A DNA stretch of 64,000 nucleotides. Origin: Vulcanimicrobiota bacterium (GTDB lineage: Bacteria > Vulcanimicrobiota > Vulcanimicrobiia > Vulcanimicrobiales > Vulcanimicrobiaceae). Where the stretch lies: the NCBI GenBank assembly GCA_963695225.1, contig OY968762.1:864001-928000 (forward strand), written 5' to 3'. This document shows positions 48,050 to 58,852 of the stretch, one piece after another; positions within the stretch are counted from its first letter, which is position 1, and every line of letters begins with the position of its first letter. The position numbers and the translations under genes are program-made. The notes beneath the pieces are model-generated. The model did no database searches. It saw only the letters and a program-made list of their open reading frames with translations, and had not been told where the DNA came from.

Positions 48050-49207
48050 TTAACACTCTCGTTCGTAGGCCCAGCGCCGGATCGCGGTGTGCAGGACGCG
48101 ATGCTCGGCCGCATGGACGCGCTCCATGAGAGCCTCCCGATCCTCGCCTTTCAAACGGCGTAGCGGCACGCGCGCTAGGACCTCGCCGCGATCGACCGCC
48201 ACGCCGACGCGGTGCACCGACGCGCCGGCCCAGGGCACCCCCGCCGCGAGAGCGTCGTCGATCGCGTGCGCGCCCCGGAACGCCGGGATCGCGCTTCCGT
48301 CCGGCATCGTGATCGCATCGAGTTCGGGGTCGAGCGGCAAGAACGCGGGGTGGATGTTGAGCATCTCGCCGAATCGGGCGACGAACGCTTCGGGCAAGAC
48401 GTGCATCCAGCCGAGCAACAGCACGAGTTCGGGATCGCTAGCCTCGACCGCGGCGAAGACGCGGCGATCGAACGCTTCGCGCGATTCCGCCCGGCGGTGC
48501 CACACGAGCGTCTCGGCGCGAACGCCGGCAGCCGCAGCGCGTTGCAGCGCGTACGCATCCGCTCTGTTGACCACGAGCGCGCGCACGTCGAGCGGGAGTT
48601 CGCCGCTCGCGACGCCGTCGAGGACGGCTTGGAAGTTGCTCCCGTTCCCGGAAGCCAGAACCGTCGTGCGAAAGCGGCGCGGCCATGCGTCAAGCGAGAA
48701 GCGCTCGACGGCCGAGGCGCCGGTTTCGCGTTCGAAATACGCGATCAAACGCTCGCCCCGGACCGCCGGGATCAAGGCGCGGGCGTAGCCGCGCTCGCGC
48801 AGAGCGCCTAGGGCCGCGCGCAGCAGCGTTCGCCCGATCTCGCCCTTGCGCGCCCGCTCGACGACGCCGAACGGCCCGAAGATGCCGACATCGCCTTCCG
48901 CGCTCCAACGCCGCAGCCACGGATAGCGCAGCCCGCGCGTGTCGAACGCGGCAAAGGCAATTGGCCCGCTCGCATCCTCGGCGAGCCACAGGCCGCCCGT
49001 CCGCGCCTCGCTCGACCACGTGCCGCCGAACTCCGCATCGATCCACGAGAGCAGGCGCTCCGGCGTCCGGTTGAAACGCGAGGCGCGGACGCCGAAGAGC
49101 AAATCGAGCGCGTCGATCTCGAAATGGATGCTCCGGAGTTCGAAGCGCTCGTCCCCGAGCGGCGCGATCAGGTTCGCCGCGGCGTTGGTCGCAACGACGG
49201 GCTTCAC
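48050..49207 (-). CDS. purN: GNAT acetyltransferase domain fused to phosphoribosylglycinamide formyltransferase
   Basis: C-half VLASGNGSNFQA, LLGWMHVL, LNIHPAFLP, F.GAHAI, GASVHRV...VDRG; N-half GIFGPFGV..RARKGEIGRTLL (GNAT motif A). Confidence 0.9.
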   Translation of the reverse strand: MKPVVATNAAANLIAPLGDERFELRSIHFEIDALDLLFGVRASRFNRTPERLLSWIDAEFGGTWSSEARTGGLWLAEDASGPIAFAAFDTRGLRYPWLRRWSAEGDVGIFGPFGVVERARKGEIGRTLLRAALGALRERGYARALIPAVRGERLIAYFERETGASAVERFSLDAWPRRFRTTVLASGNGSNFQAVLDGVASGELPLDVRALVVNRADAYALQRAAAAGVRAETLVWHRRAESREAFDRRVFAAVEASDPELVLLLGWMHVLPEAFVARFGEMLNIHPAFLPLDPELDAITMPDGSAIPAFRGAHAIDDALAAGVPWAGASVHRVGVAVDRGEVLARVPLRRLKGEDREALMERVHAAEHRVLHTAIRRWAYEREC

Positions 49208-50256
49208 GCCTCGCGCGAGGGGTGCACGACGACGGCGGGCTCCCCTTCGAGGCGAGCCTCGATCCAGCCGACGATCTGCGCCTCAGGGACGGCCTCGAGC
49301 GCCCTCGCCGCCTCCTTGAGCGGTACGACGAGCGTGTACCCGATCCCCATGTTCAACGTTCGGTACCGCTCGTCGTGCCCGAGCGAACCACGCCGCACCA
49401 GCTCCCGTTCGAGCGGGGGCACGGTCCAGCGGGCTTGTTCGAAGACCGCCTTGCACCGAGAAGGCAGCGTCCGCGGGACGTTCTCGAGCAAGCCGCCGCC
49501 CGTGATGTGCGCCATCGTCTTGACGTCGGCGACCGACTGGATCGCCCGGACCGCGCCGTAATACGACGGGTGCTCGGCCAGGAGCGCGTCCCCGTACGTT
49601 ACGCCGGGTCCGGCGGCCGCGAACGGCCGGCTCCACTCCTCTGCCGGGATCAGAGCGCGCGCGAGGCTGTAACCGTTCGTGTGGAGCCCGACGGCCGGCA
49701 AGCCGAGGATCGCATCGCCGGGGACGAGCCGTTCGGGATCGGGGATCTTCGCGCGCGCGACGAGTCCGACGATCGTCCCGGCGAGGTCGAAATGGGCGGG
49801 TTGGTAAAGCCCCGGCATCTCCGCCGTCTCCCCGCCGAGCAGCGCCATCTCGTGGTTGCGGCACGCGCGCTGCACGCCCGACACGATCTCGCCGGCGATA
49901 TCCGGATCGAGCTTGCCGACGGCGAGGTAGTCCAAGAAGAACAGCGGCGTCGCATTGAGGACCAGGATGTCGTTCACGCAGTGGTTCACGAGATCCGCGC
50001 CGACGGAACCGTACCGGCCGCATTCCGCCGCGATCAGGATCTTCGTGCCTACGCCGTCGGTGGACCCGACGAGAACGCGTTCGGGGTCGCCCGGCAGCAG
50101 GAAAAGGCCGCTAAACCCGCCGATTCCGCCCAGTTGGGAGGGATGGCGCCACGACGCCGTAACCGAACGATACCGATCGACCGCCGCGTTTCCGGCGGCA
50201 ATGTCGACCCCCGCTTTGGCGTAGGCGTCATGCTGGGGGTCCACTCGTCGTTCCAT
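49204..50256 (-). CDS. purM: phosphoribosylformylglycinamidine cyclo-ligase
   Basis: YAKAGVDI, GGFSGLF, TDGVGTK, CVNDI, FFLDY, GGETAEMPG, HTNGYSL, HITGGG, NMGIG; start 50256 or 50244. Confidence 0.97.
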   Translation of the reverse strand: MERRVDPQHDAYAKAGVDIAAGNAAVDRYRSVTASWRHPSQLGGIGGFSGLFLLPGDPERVLVGSTDGVGTKILIAAECGRYGSVGADLVNHCVNDILVLNATPLFFLDYLAVGKLDPDIAGEIVSGVQRACRNHEMALLGGETAEMPGLYQPAHFDLAGTIVGLVARAKIPDPERLVPGDAILGLPAVGLHTNGYSLARALIPAEEWSRPFAAAGPGVTYGDALLAEHPSYYGAVRAIQSVADVKTMAHITGGGLLENVPRTLPSRCKAVFEQARWTVPPLERELVRRGSLGHDERYRTLNMGIGYTLVVPLKEAARALEAVPEAQIVGWIEARLEGEPAVVVHPSREA

Positions 50257-50290
50257 TCTTGCAGCCGTTCGTTTTCCGGAGAGAATCGTC

Positions 50291-51790
50291 ATGCTTCTAA
50301 CAATCGCGTCGGGCTCGCTTGCGAGTACCGAGACCCAGGCACTCGTCGTCCCGGTGTGGGCCGACGGAGCCTTGGATGGTGCCGCCGCGCAGATCGATGC
50401 CGAATTGGGTGGGACGCTCGCCGAGATCCTCGCTACCGGTGAATTCGGCGGAAAACCGAACGAGACGGCGCTCGTCCACGCCAAGGGCAAGCCCTTCGGA
50501 CGCGTGCTCGCCGTCGGCCTCGGCGAACGCGGGAAGTTCACTCCCGCGCTGCTCGCACGCTACGCGGGAACCGCAATCCGCTACCTCGGGAAACGCAACG
50601 TCCGCGCGATCGCACTCGCGCTCCCGCTCGAAGCGCAACACCACGTGCGCGCGTCGGCTTCGTTCCTCGTCGAAGGCGCGCTGGCGGGCACGATCGATAC
50701 GTCGCTCTACCAAGGGAAGCCGGAGCGCGCCATCGTCCTCGACGAACTCGCGCTCTGCCGCAACGCGGGCGCGCACGAGTTCAGCGCGCTCGCGCTCGAG
50801 GAAGGCGCGCAACGCGGGAAGATCCTGGGCGAAGCGGTCAACCTCGCGCGCACGCTGGCGCTCACGCCGGCCAACGACATGACCCCGACGCACCTGGCGA
50901 AAGAGGCCGAGCGCCTCGCAAACGCGCACGGCCTGGCCTTCCATGCGCTCGACGAAGACCAAATGCTCGCGAAGGGCATGGGCGCGATCCTCGGCGTCTC
51001 CATCGGGAGCGATCAACCGGCGAAGATGATCGTCCTCGAATACCGCGGCGACCCCGCGAGTTCGGAGAAGCTCGCGCTCGTCGGCAAAGGGCTCACGTTC
51101 GATTCCGGCGGCATCTCGCTCAAGCCCTCGGATCGCATGGAGGAGATGAAATACGACATGAGCGGCGGTGCCGCCGTCATCGCCGCGCTAGGCGCGATCG
51201 CGCAACTCCGGCCGAAGCTCAACGTGCTCGGCATCGTTCCCTCCAGCGAGAATCTGCCGGGGCCGCGTGCCGTCAAGCCCGGCGACGTCCTGCGCGCGAT
51301 GAACGGCAAGACGATCGAAGTGATCAACACGGATGCCGAGGGGCGCTTGATCCTCGCCGACGCGCTCTGTTACGCGCGCGAACTCGGCGCGACGAAGATC
51401 GTCGACGCGGCGACCCTGACGGGAGCGATGGTCGTCGCGCTCGGCCATGCCGCAACCGGGACGATGTCGAACGACGACGCGTTCGTCGCGCATTTCCTGC
51501 ACGTCGCGAAAGACTGCGGCGAGCGCTACTGGCAGATGCCGCTCTACGAGGAGTTCGGGAAGGAGGTCGCGAGCGAGATCGCCGACCTGCGCAATTCGAC
51601 GGGCCGCTGGGGCGGGGGCCTCACGGCGGGCAAGTTCCTCGAAGCGTTCGTCGATACGACGCCGTGGATCCACCTCGACATCGCCGGGACGGCCTACCTG
51701 GATAACGAGTCCCCGTACTCCGCGAAGGGCCCGACGGGGACGCCCGTGCGCGCGTTCGTCGCGCTCGTCGAGGATCTTGCCCGAGGCTGA
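50291..51790 (+). CDS. pepA: leucyl aminopeptidase (M17)
   Basis: LVGKGLTFDSGGISLK, MKYDMSG, NTDAEGRLILAD, DAATLTGA, WIHLDIAG. Confidence 0.96.
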   Translation: MLLTIASGSLASTETQALVVPVWADGALDGAAAQIDAELGGTLAEILATGEFGGKPNETALVHAKGKPFGRVLAVGLGERGKFTPALLARYAGTAIRYLGKRNVRAIALALPLEAQHHVRASASFLVEGALAGTIDTSLYQGKPERAIVLDELALCRNAGAHEFSALALEEGAQRGKILGEAVNLARTLALTPANDMTPTHLAKEAERLANAHGLAFHALDEDQMLAKGMGAILGVSIGSDQPAKMIVLEYRGDPASSEKLALVGKGLTFDSGGISLKPSDRMEEMKYDMSGGAAVIAALGAIAQLRPKLNVLGIVPSSENLPGPRAVKPGDVLRAMNGKTIEVINTDAEGRLILADALCYARELGATKIVDAATLTGAMVVALGHAATGTMSNDDAFVAHFLHVAKDCGERYWQMPLYEEFGKEVASEIADLRNSTGRWGGGLTAGKFLEAFVDTTPWIHLDIAGTAYLDNESPYSAKGPTGTPVRAFVALVEDLARG

Positions 51791-52459
51791 TCAGATCTCG
51801 GGCGGCATCACTTTGTGGAACACGATCCTATTGCGGCCGCAGTTCTTCGCCACGTAGAGCGCGTTCTCGGCGGCCGCAATCAAGGCAGCGGGGCTGATCC
51901 CGTCGCCGGGAAACATCGCGACGCCGAAGGACGCCGTCACGCCGATGCTCGAGGCTTCGTGGCGGATCGCCGCGGCCTCCACGCAGGCGCGCAACTGCTC
52001 GATGCGCTGCCCCACGCTCTCCGGTCCGAGCCCCGGTAAGACCAGCAGAAACTCCTCGCCGCCGTACCGGCACACGATGTCGTTCTCCCGGCAAGCGCGG
52101 TACATAAGGATGCCGAGCGCCCTGAGCACCTCGTCGCCCGCGGTGCGGCCATACCGAGCGTTGACCGCTTGGAGGCGATCGATGTCGGCGAGCACGACGC
52201 TGACGGGCCGTCCGATCCGAAGCGCGCCGATCAGCTCGCGCCCGAGGGCGTCCTCGACGTAATGCCGGTTGTAGAGCCCCGTCAGCGGATCGCGGAGCGT
52301 ATGCTCCCGCAGCTTCTCCCGAGCCTCCTGCACGTCGCGGCCGAGCCTCTCGATTTCGCGGAGCGCTTCGTCCAGCTCCACGCTCTTGCGGCGCACCTGC
52401 TCGCGCAGGACGATCGCTTCGGCTTCCGCCTCCGGCGCGCCGCGCTCGTTCTCCATCAT
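51791..52459 (-). CDS. diguanylate cyclase (coiled-coil plus GGEEF)
   Basis: DPLTGLYNR, REND (RxxD I-site) ..RYGGEEF, TASFGVA, ALYVAK..GRN. Confidence 0.92.
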   Translation of the reverse strand: MMENERGAPEAEAEAIVLREQVRRKSVELDEALREIERLGRDVQEAREKLREHTLRDPLTGLYNRHYVEDALGRELIGALRIGRPVSVVLADIDRLQAVNARYGRTAGDEVLRALGILMYRACRENDIVCRYGGEEFLLVLPGLGPESVGQRIEQLRACVEAAAIRHEASSIGVTASFGVAMFPGDGISPAALIAAAENALYVAKNCGRNRIVFHKVMPPEI

Positions 52460-52492
52460 CGCTACTAGTATCGGCAGTGCGCGGCGCGAGCG

Positions 52493-53926
52493 CTACTTCG
52501 CCGCCAACATCGTTTCGACCGGCGCCCGGTTGTACGTCTCCGGATACTCGCCCGTCAGGCACCCCAGGCACATCTCGCCGCGCTTGCGGCCGGTCGCGGC
52601 GACGAGCCCCTCTTTGCTGAGATATCCGAGCGAATCCGCCCCGATCCGCACGCAGATCTCCTCGACCGTCAGGTTCGCGGCGATCAGTTCGCCGTAGGTC
52701 GCCATGTCGACGCCGAGATAGCAGGGGTGCATGATCGGCGGAGAGGTGATCCGCACGTGCACTTCGCTCGCCCCCGCGCTGCGCAGCAGGCGCACGATGC
52801 GCGGCGTCGTCGTCCCGCGCACGATCGAATCGTCGACGACCACGACGCGCTTCCCCTTGAGGTTCTCGACGATCGGATTGAATTTCAGATCGACGCCTTG
52901 CGTGCGCATCTTCTGATCGGGGCTGATGAACGTCCGGCCGATGTAGCGGTTCTTGATGAGCCCCTCGACGTACGGCAGGCCGCTCTCCTGCGCGAACCCG
53001 ATGCCGCCCGGGACCGCGGAATCCGGGATCGCCATCACGACGTCGGCTTTCGCCGGATGCTCGCGGGCGAGGTGGCGCCCCATGTCGACGCGCGCCATGT
53101 AGATCGAGCGTTCGTTCAAGATCGAATCCGGGCGCGCGAAGTAGATGTATTCGAACATGCAGAGCGCGTGCGGCTTGGGATGCGGCGCCCGCTCCGAGTG
53201 GAAGCCCTCGACGTCGATCCAGACGATCTCGCCGGGTTCGAGTTCGCGCACGTACTTCGCGCCGACCGTTGCGAGCGCGCACGATTCCGAGGCGAACATG
53301 TAACCGCCCGAAGGGAAACGGCCGTAACAGAGCGGCCGCACGCCCCACGGATCGCGGAATGCGTAGAGCGCCTTCTCCGTCGCCATCACGATCGAGTACG
53401 CGCCTTCGGCGCGCTGCATCACGCTGCGAATGCGCGCCGTCAGCGTCTCGCCCGGCGCCTCGACGATCAGCTTCCCGAGGACTTCCGAATCCGAGGTCGC
53501 GGAGAGCACGGTCGAGGGCGAGAGCGTCGCCTTGAGCTCCTCGGTGTTCGTCAGGTTCCCGTTGTGCGCCAGCGCGATCTCGCCGAGCGTCGTTCGCTCC
53601 AGGAGCGGCTGAGCGTTGACGACGATCGAGGAGCCGGTCGTCGAGTAGCGGGTGTGTCCGACCGAGATGTAGCCTTGCAGCCGGCCGAGGATTTCCTCCG
53701 TGAAGATGCTCGAGAGCAAACCCATCTGCCGGTGGCAGACGATCGAGCCGCCGTCGGAGACGGCGATCCCGGCAGACTCCTGGCCCCGATGCTGCAACGC
53801 ATAGAGCCCGAAGTAAGCAAGACGGGCCACGTCGTGGCCCGGTGAGTAGATGCCGGTGACCCCGCAGGCTTCGTGGAGCGTGTCTCCCCCCGGGAGTTCA
53901 GCAGCTTCGTCGAATGCGCGCGCCAT
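52493..53926 (-). CDS. purF: amidophosphoribosyltransferase
   Basis: Propeptide then CGV, LQHRGQESAG, GHTRYST, HNGNL, FEYIYFARPDS, VDDSIVRGTT, Fe-S Cys (C.GC). Confidence 0.98.
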   Translation of the reverse strand: MARAFDEAAELPGGDTLHEACGVTGIYSPGHDVARLAYFGLYALQHRGQESAGIAVSDGGSIVCHRQMGLLSSIFTEEILGRLQGYISVGHTRYSTTGSSIVVNAQPLLERTTLGEIALAHNGNLTNTEELKATLSPSTVLSATSDSEVLGKLIVEAPGETLTARIRSVMQRAEGAYSIVMATEKALYAFRDPWGVRPLCYGRFPSGGYMFASESCALATVGAKYVRELEPGEIVWIDVEGFHSERAPHPKPHALCMFEYIYFARPDSILNERSIYMARVDMGRHLAREHPAKADVVMAIPDSAVPGGIGFAQESGLPYVEGLIKNRYIGRTFISPDQKMRTQGVDLKFNPIVENLKGKRVVVVDDSIVRGTTTPRIVRLLRSAGASEVHVRITSPPIMHPCYLGVDMATYGELIAANLTVEEICVRIGADSLGYLSKEGLVAATGRKRGEMCLGCLTGEYPETYNRAPVETMLAAK

Positions 53927-53974
53927 TAGGCGTACCTTTCGCGCCGGCCGCCCCGGCTCCCGGCTCTTAATGAT

Positions 53975-54625
53975 TTAGTCGTCGCGGCTCCGCAGCCCGA
54001 GGATCTGAAGCAGCGCCATGAAGATGTTGATCGCGTCGAGGTAGATCGAGGTCGCGAGCTCGATCGCGGTCGCTCCGTCGCCCCCGGCTCGGATCCGGCC
54101 GAAATCGACGAGCACCAGCAGCGTGAAGACGGCGAGCGTCGCCCACGCGTAGAGCCCCGGGTGCAGGAAATGCACGAAGATCGAGACGATGCCGGCGAGG
54201 ACGAGGCCGATCAGCAACCCGAACGCGACGCCGGAGAGCTTGCGAAAATCGAAGCTCGTGACCGCGACGAGCCCGGCGAGGACGGCCATCCCGAGGCCGG
54301 TCGTCACCGCAGCTTCGACGACGACGTCGGGGCCGGCGCCTTGAACGTAGCGGCCGATCACGGGGCCGAGACCGATCCCTTCGCAGGCCGTGAACGCGTA
54401 GAACATCCCGATCGACAGCGCCGGATTGGCGCGCGTCGCCGAGATCGCGATGAGGAAGCCGAAACCTACGAGCATCGCGATCATCGCGACGCCGTACGGA
54501 AGGCCCTGCGTCAGATACGCGCCGGCGGCCGTGATCAAGAAGCCGACTGCGGTGATTCCGAGAACCTGGCCGAGCAAGGCCGAGCTCGAGGCCGCTCCCG
54601 TGCGCTGACGATCGAGTTGGTACAT
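53975..54625 (-). CDS. Bax inhibitor-1/YccA family membrane protein
   Basis: 7 TM helices, LVDFGRI, ATSIYLDAINIF..LLQI. Confidence 0.92.
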   Translation of the reverse strand: MYQLDRQRTGAASSSALLGQVLGITAVGFLITAAGAYLTQGLPYGVAMIAMLVGFGFLIAISATRANPALSIGMFYAFTACEGIGLGPVIGRYVQGAGPDVVVEAAVTTGLGMAVLAGLVAVTSFDFRKLSGVAFGLLIGLVLAGIVSIFVHFLHPGLYAWATLAVFTLLVLVDFGRIRAGGDGATAIELATSIYLDAINIFMALLQILGLRSRDD

Positions 54626-54737
54626 GACGCTCCTTTGGACTGCCGGGCACGCGCCCCGGTTGCGCGGGGCATCCGCCCCGCTCCGTAGTACGCGCGCAGC
54701 GCCGCAGAGTTTCTAAGCCGATACCCCCGCGGGGCGC

Positions 54738-56006
54738 TTAGCGGCCCGCGGCTATGTCGGTTCGGTAGGAGAGATCGCGGGCGCCGAAGCGGCGGACCAG
54801 CGCGTGGACGGCGTCGTAGGCGTGCGTTCGCGCCTCGGCGATCGTCGGGCCGAGCGCGGCTACCGTCAGCACGCGGCCGCCGCCCGCGTCGACGCCGCCG
54901 TCGCGCAGCGTCGAGTTACCCCAGAAGGCGGCGCTGCCGTTCCCGAGGCCGACGTCGGCCGGGAGCCCTTGCAGCGGCGTGCTCGTGCGCGGGTAGTCGC
55001 TCGTCGCGATCACGACGCCGACGCATGCGTCGCCGGAAAACGTCGCGGCCTGGGGATCGAGCCGGCCCGTCGCGGCGGAGTGCAGGTAGCGCGCGAAATC
55101 GCCGCGGACGCGGGGCATCAGCACCTGCGTCTCCGGATCGCCGAAGCGCACGTTGAATTCGATCACCTTCGGGCCCGCCTGCGTCCACATGAGCCCGCAG
55201 TAGAGCACGCCGACGTACCGTTCGCCCTCGGAGGCGAGGCCGCGCACGACGGGTTCCAGGACGCGTTCGCGGACGATCGCGTCCAGGTCGGGCGGGAAGC
55301 CGCTCGGCGGGGAGTAGGCGCCCATCCCGCCCGTGTTCGGACCGGTGTCGCCGTCGCCGGCGCGCTTGTAATCGCACGCCCCCGCGACGGGGACGAGCGT
55401 GCGCCCGTCGCCGACGGCGAAGACGCTGACCTCCGGCCCCACGAGCCGCTCTTCGAGCAACGCGTCGCGGCCGCCGCCGGGGATCCCGGCCGGGCCGAAC
55501 CAGCTCGCGAGGACGGCGAGCGCGCTCGCCGCGTCGTCCGTCACGACGACGCCCTTCCCCGCGGCGAGGCCGTCGGCTTTGACGACGCAGCCGCCCTGCC
55601 ACGCCGCGAGTTCTTTGCGAGCCTGCTCGAGCGAATGCACGACGCGCGCGCGCGCCGTCGGGATCCCGTGGCGCTCCATGAAGCGCTTCGAGAAGACCTT
55701 GCTCGATTCGAGGCGCCCGGCGCTGCGGTCGGGGCCGAAGACCGGGATGCCCGCCTCGCGGAAACGGTCGCCGACGCCCGCGGCGATCGCCGTCTCCGGC
55801 CCGAGGACGACGAGATCGATCCCAGCCTGCTGCGCCCTGCCGACGAGCGCTTTCCCGTCGGTCGCCGGTATCGGCCAGTTCTCCCCGCGCGTCGCAGTCC
55901 CGGCGTTTCCGGGCGCGGCGAAGAGCGCGGTGCAGGACGGCGCCTGCGCGAGCTTCCACGAGAGCGCATCTTCGCGTGCGCCGCTTCCGACCACTAAGAT
56001 TCGCAT
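54738..56006 (-). CDS. purD: phosphoribosylamine--glycine ligase
   Basis: VVGSGARE, APGNAG, GPE, LESSK, VVKADGLAAGKGV, DYKR..DGDTGPNTGGMG, EFNVRFGDPETQ. Confidence 0.98.
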   Translation of the reverse strand: MRILVVGSGAREDALSWKLAQAPSCTALFAAPGNAGTATRGENWPIPATDGKALVGRAQQAGIDLVVLGPETAIAAGVGDRFREAGIPVFGPDRSAGRLESSKVFSKRFMERHGIPTARARVVHSLEQARKELAAWQGGCVVKADGLAAGKGVVVTDDAASALAVLASWFGPAGIPGGGRDALLEERLVGPEVSVFAVGDGRTLVPVAGACDYKRAGDGDTGPNTGGMGAYSPPSGFPPDLDAIVRERVLEPVVRGLASEGERYVGVLYCGLMWTQAGPKVIEFNVRFGDPETQVLMPRVRGDFARYLHSAATGRLDPQAATFSGDACVGVVIATSDYPRTSTPLQGLPADVGLGNGSAAFWGNSTLRDGGVDAGGGRVLTVAALGPTIAEARTHAYDAVHALVRRFGARDLSYRTDIAAGR

Positions 56007-56010
56007 CGGT

Positions 56011-57600
56011 CTATTCCCACTCCACCGTCGCGGGCGGCTTCGACGTGATGTCGTAGGCGACTCGGTTGACGCCGGGGACTTCGTTCACGATGCGCGTGCT
56101 GATCCGTTCGAGGAGTTCGTGCGGGAGGCGCGCCCAATCGGCGGTCATGCCGTCTTCGCTCGTGATCGCGCGGACGGCGACGAGGTTCGCATAGGTCCGG
56201 CCGTCGCCCATCACGCCGACGCTCTGCACCGGCGTGAGCACGGCGAAATACTGCCAGGGCTTCGGCGAAAGCGCCGCGCTCGCCCCGTCGATCTCTGCGG
56301 TGACGATCGCATCCGCCGCGCGCACGAGCGCGAGACGCTCGCGATCGACGGAACCGATGATGCGCACGGCGAGCCCGGGCCCGGGGAACGGTTGCCGTTC
56401 GACGATCGCCTCGGGCAATCCGAGGACCCGCCCGACTTCGCGGACTTCGTCCTTGAACAGCGCGCGCAGCGGCTCGACGAGCTCGAGCTTCATGTGCGCG
56501 GGCAAGCCGCCGACGTTGTGATGCGACTTGATCTTGTGCCCGGCTTTCGATTGCGGCGTCTTCGATTCGATCACGTCGGGATAGAGCGTCCCTTGCACGA
56601 GGAAGCGCACGTCCGGAATCTTCGCCGCTTCCTCGTCGAAGACTTCGATGAACTCGTGGCCGATCGTGATGCGCTTGCGTTCGGGATCCTCGATGCCGGC
56701 GAGCTTGCGCAGGAAGCGCTCCGACGCGTCGACCGCGACGACGTTGAGATGCAGCACTTCGCGGAAGGCCGCTACGACGCTCTGCGCTTCGTCTTTGCGG
56801 AGCAGGCCCGTATCGACGAAGATGCAGGTCAACTGCTTCCCGATCGCGCGGGAGACGAGCGTCGCGGCGACGGCGGAATCGACCCCGCCCGATAGTCCGC
56901 AGATCACGTTCGCGTCCCCGACGCGCGCGCGGATGTCCGCGATCGAGCGTTCCACGAACGATTCCATCGCCCACGAAGCATCGAGCTTCGCGATGTCGTG
57001 CAAGAAACTGTGGATCAGCCGCCGGCCGTACTCAGTGTGGACGACCTCGGGGTGGAACTGCACGCCGTAGATGCGCCGTTCCGGGTCCCCGATCGCGGCG
57101 ATCGCGCAACGGTCCGTGTGCGCCAGCGTCTCGAAACCGGCCGGCGGCTCGACGACGCTATCGCCGTGGGACATCCAAACGCGGCTGCGCGCCGGGACGC
57201 CCGCGAAGAACGGGCTCTCCGGGGCGTCGATCTCGAGCGCGGCGGGCCCGAACTCGCGGTGGGCGAGCGGGACGAGCTTTCCGCCGAGGTCGCGGGCGAC
57301 GAGTTGCATCCCGTAGCAGATGCCGAGGATCGGGACGCCCGATTCGAGGATCTGCCGATCGATCCCGAGCGCGCCCTCGTCGAGCGTGCTCTCCGGCCCC
57401 CCGGAAAGGATGATCGCCCCCGGGTTTCGTTCCGCGAGCGCGCTCCAGGGCGTATCGTACGGGAGCAACTCGCTGTACACGTGCGCTTCGCGCACGCGCC
57501 GCGCGATCAGTTGGCTGACCTGCGAGCCGAAGTCCAGAATGATCGCGCCGCCCGTCGCTCGCTCGCTTTGGGAGAATCTTGGGTTCACGCCTACCGCCAT
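56011..57600 (-). CDS. guaA: GMP synthase (glutamine-hydrolysing)
   Basis: [53 protein letters not shown]. Confidence 0.98.
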   Translation of the reverse strand: MAVGVNPRFSQSERATGGAIILDFGSQVSQLIARRVREAHVYSELLPYDTPWSALAERNPGAIILSGGPESTLDEGALGIDRQILESGVPILGICYGMQLVARDLGGKLVPLAHREFGPAALEIDAPESPFFAGVPARSRVWMSHGDSVVEPPAGFETLAHTDRCAIAAIGDPERRIYGVQFHPEVVHTEYGRRLIHSFLHDIAKLDASWAMESFVERSIADIRARVGDANVICGLSGGVDSAVAATLVSRAIGKQLTCIFVDTGLLRKDEAQSVVAAFREVLHLNVVAVDASERFLRKLAGIEDPERKRITIGHEFIEVFDEEAAKIPDVRFLVQGTLYPDVIESKTPQSKAGHKIKSHHNVGGLPAHMKLELVEPLRALFKDEVREVGRVLGLPEAIVERQPFPGPGLAVRIIGSVDRERLALVRAADAIVTAEIDGASAALSPKPWQYFAVLTPVQSVGVMGDGRTYANLVAVRAITSEDGMTADWARLPHELLERISTRIVNEVPGVNRVAYDITSKPPATVEWE

Positions 57601-57760
57601 CCGCCGTTCTTGGCGCCGCGCCGCGCCGGCGCCTCCGGCTCAATCGCGGAGGTCTCGCGGCCGATACTCCACATGACCGCCCCTTGGATCACCTAGGGCG
57701 CGTCCCGTCCCAAAGCGGGCGGGCCGCCGAACGGCGAGGGCCTTCGGGGAGTTCCACACC

Positions 57761-58357
57761 ATGCTGAATACACTGATCACCGAGCTATTGGCGATCGCCG
57801 CCATCGCCGCCATCGCTTCGTTTGCAAGCCATTACTACGGCTTGATCCAAAGCAAGGCCGACGTGGAAAAGGCATGGGCGAAGCTGGCGGCCGCGCTGGA
57901 GCGGCGCCGGGCAACGCTCGATGAGCTGCTCGATGCGGCGAAGGGCGACGAGCGGTTCCGGCCCGGGGTCTTGACCGATGCGAGACGCCTGATCTCGAGC
58001 ACCGGCACGCCGGAGAGCGGAGCCCAACGGTTCGCCGCAGAGATAAAACTGAGCTCGGCGATCGGCAAGGTGCTGGCCTCTTCGCAAAACTACCCGAACC
58101 TGGCGCACGATCCGCGCTACCGCAAACTCGAGGAGACCTTGCTCGATCTCGAGGAAGAGATCGCGCGGCGGCGCGATATCTACAACGCGCAGGTCGCCGC
58201 GAACAACGCGCACTTCGAGAACATCTTCGAGCGCTCGATCGCGCAGTTCGCCGACGCGTTCCCGTGGGACCCGTTCCCCGCGAACCCCGGCGAAGCCGCG
58301 AGCGGCGCCACGACCTCCGCAAAGACGCGCACGGTCCCGATCGCCCTCGCGGGCTGA
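57761..58357 (+). CDS. LemA family protein
   Basis: N-terminal TM, AW..L...L.RR, NYPNL, L.LEEEIARRRDIYN..V...N. Confidence 0.85.
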   Translation: MLNTLITELLAIAAIAAIASFASHYYGLIQSKADVEKAWAKLAAALERRRATLDELLDAAKGDERFRPGVLTDARRLISSTGTPESGAQRFAAEIKLSSAIGKVLASSQNYPNLAHDPRYRKLEETLLDLEEEIARRRDIYNAQVAANNAHFENIFERSIAQFADAFPWDPFPANPGEAASGATTSAKTRTVPIALAG

Positions 58358-58378
58358 TCCCGGCCGGCCGCCGCTCCG

Positions 58379-58852
58379 CTAGCCGTTCGCCGGGGCGGCG
58401 CCGTCGCACGCGACCGTGTAGCGCACGAAGCCGTCCGCCTCACAGAACGTGTCGTAGAGCCTGCGCGCGGTCGCGTTGTCCGATTGCGTCGCCCAATAGA
58501 CGCGGGCCCAGCCTTCGCGCTTCGCAAGCGCGATCACGTGCTCGATGAGCGCGCGGCCCGCTCCGCGGCCACGCGCCTCCTCCCGCACGTACAAATCCTC
58601 GAGGTAACAGACCGGGGCTTCGCTCCAGGTGTGCGGGTGCAGCACGATGTGTGCGAAGCCGATCGGAACGCCGTCCGCGAACGCGACGAATCCCGCGATC
58701 GGGCTCTGAGGATCGAGAACGCGCCGAAACGTCGCCGCGGTCGCGCGCTCAGGGACGTTCGAGCGATAGAACGCGTTGTAGCCGCGCCACATCTCCCGCC
58801 ACTCGCGCTCGTCGGCGGCTTGCATCGGCCGGACGGCGATCGCGCGCGTCAC
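58379..58852 (-). CDS. GNAT family N-acetyltransferase
   Basis: W..MW.GY..FY, CYLEDLYV...RGRGAGRALI, VYWATQSDNATARRLYD; GTGA overlap with upstream gene. Confidence 0.92.
   Translation of the reverse strand: MTRAIAVRPMQAADEREWREMWRGYNAFYRSNVPERATAATFRRVLDPQSPIAGFVAFADGVPIGFAHIVLHPHTWSEAPVCYLEDLYVREEARGRGAGRALIEHVIALAKREGWARVYWATQSDNATARRLYDTFCEADGFVRYTVACDGAAPANG

Noticed and set aside
57601..57760. Purine riboswitch upstream of guaA
   Set aside because: No consensus aptamer features; short GC-rich divergent intergenic region.
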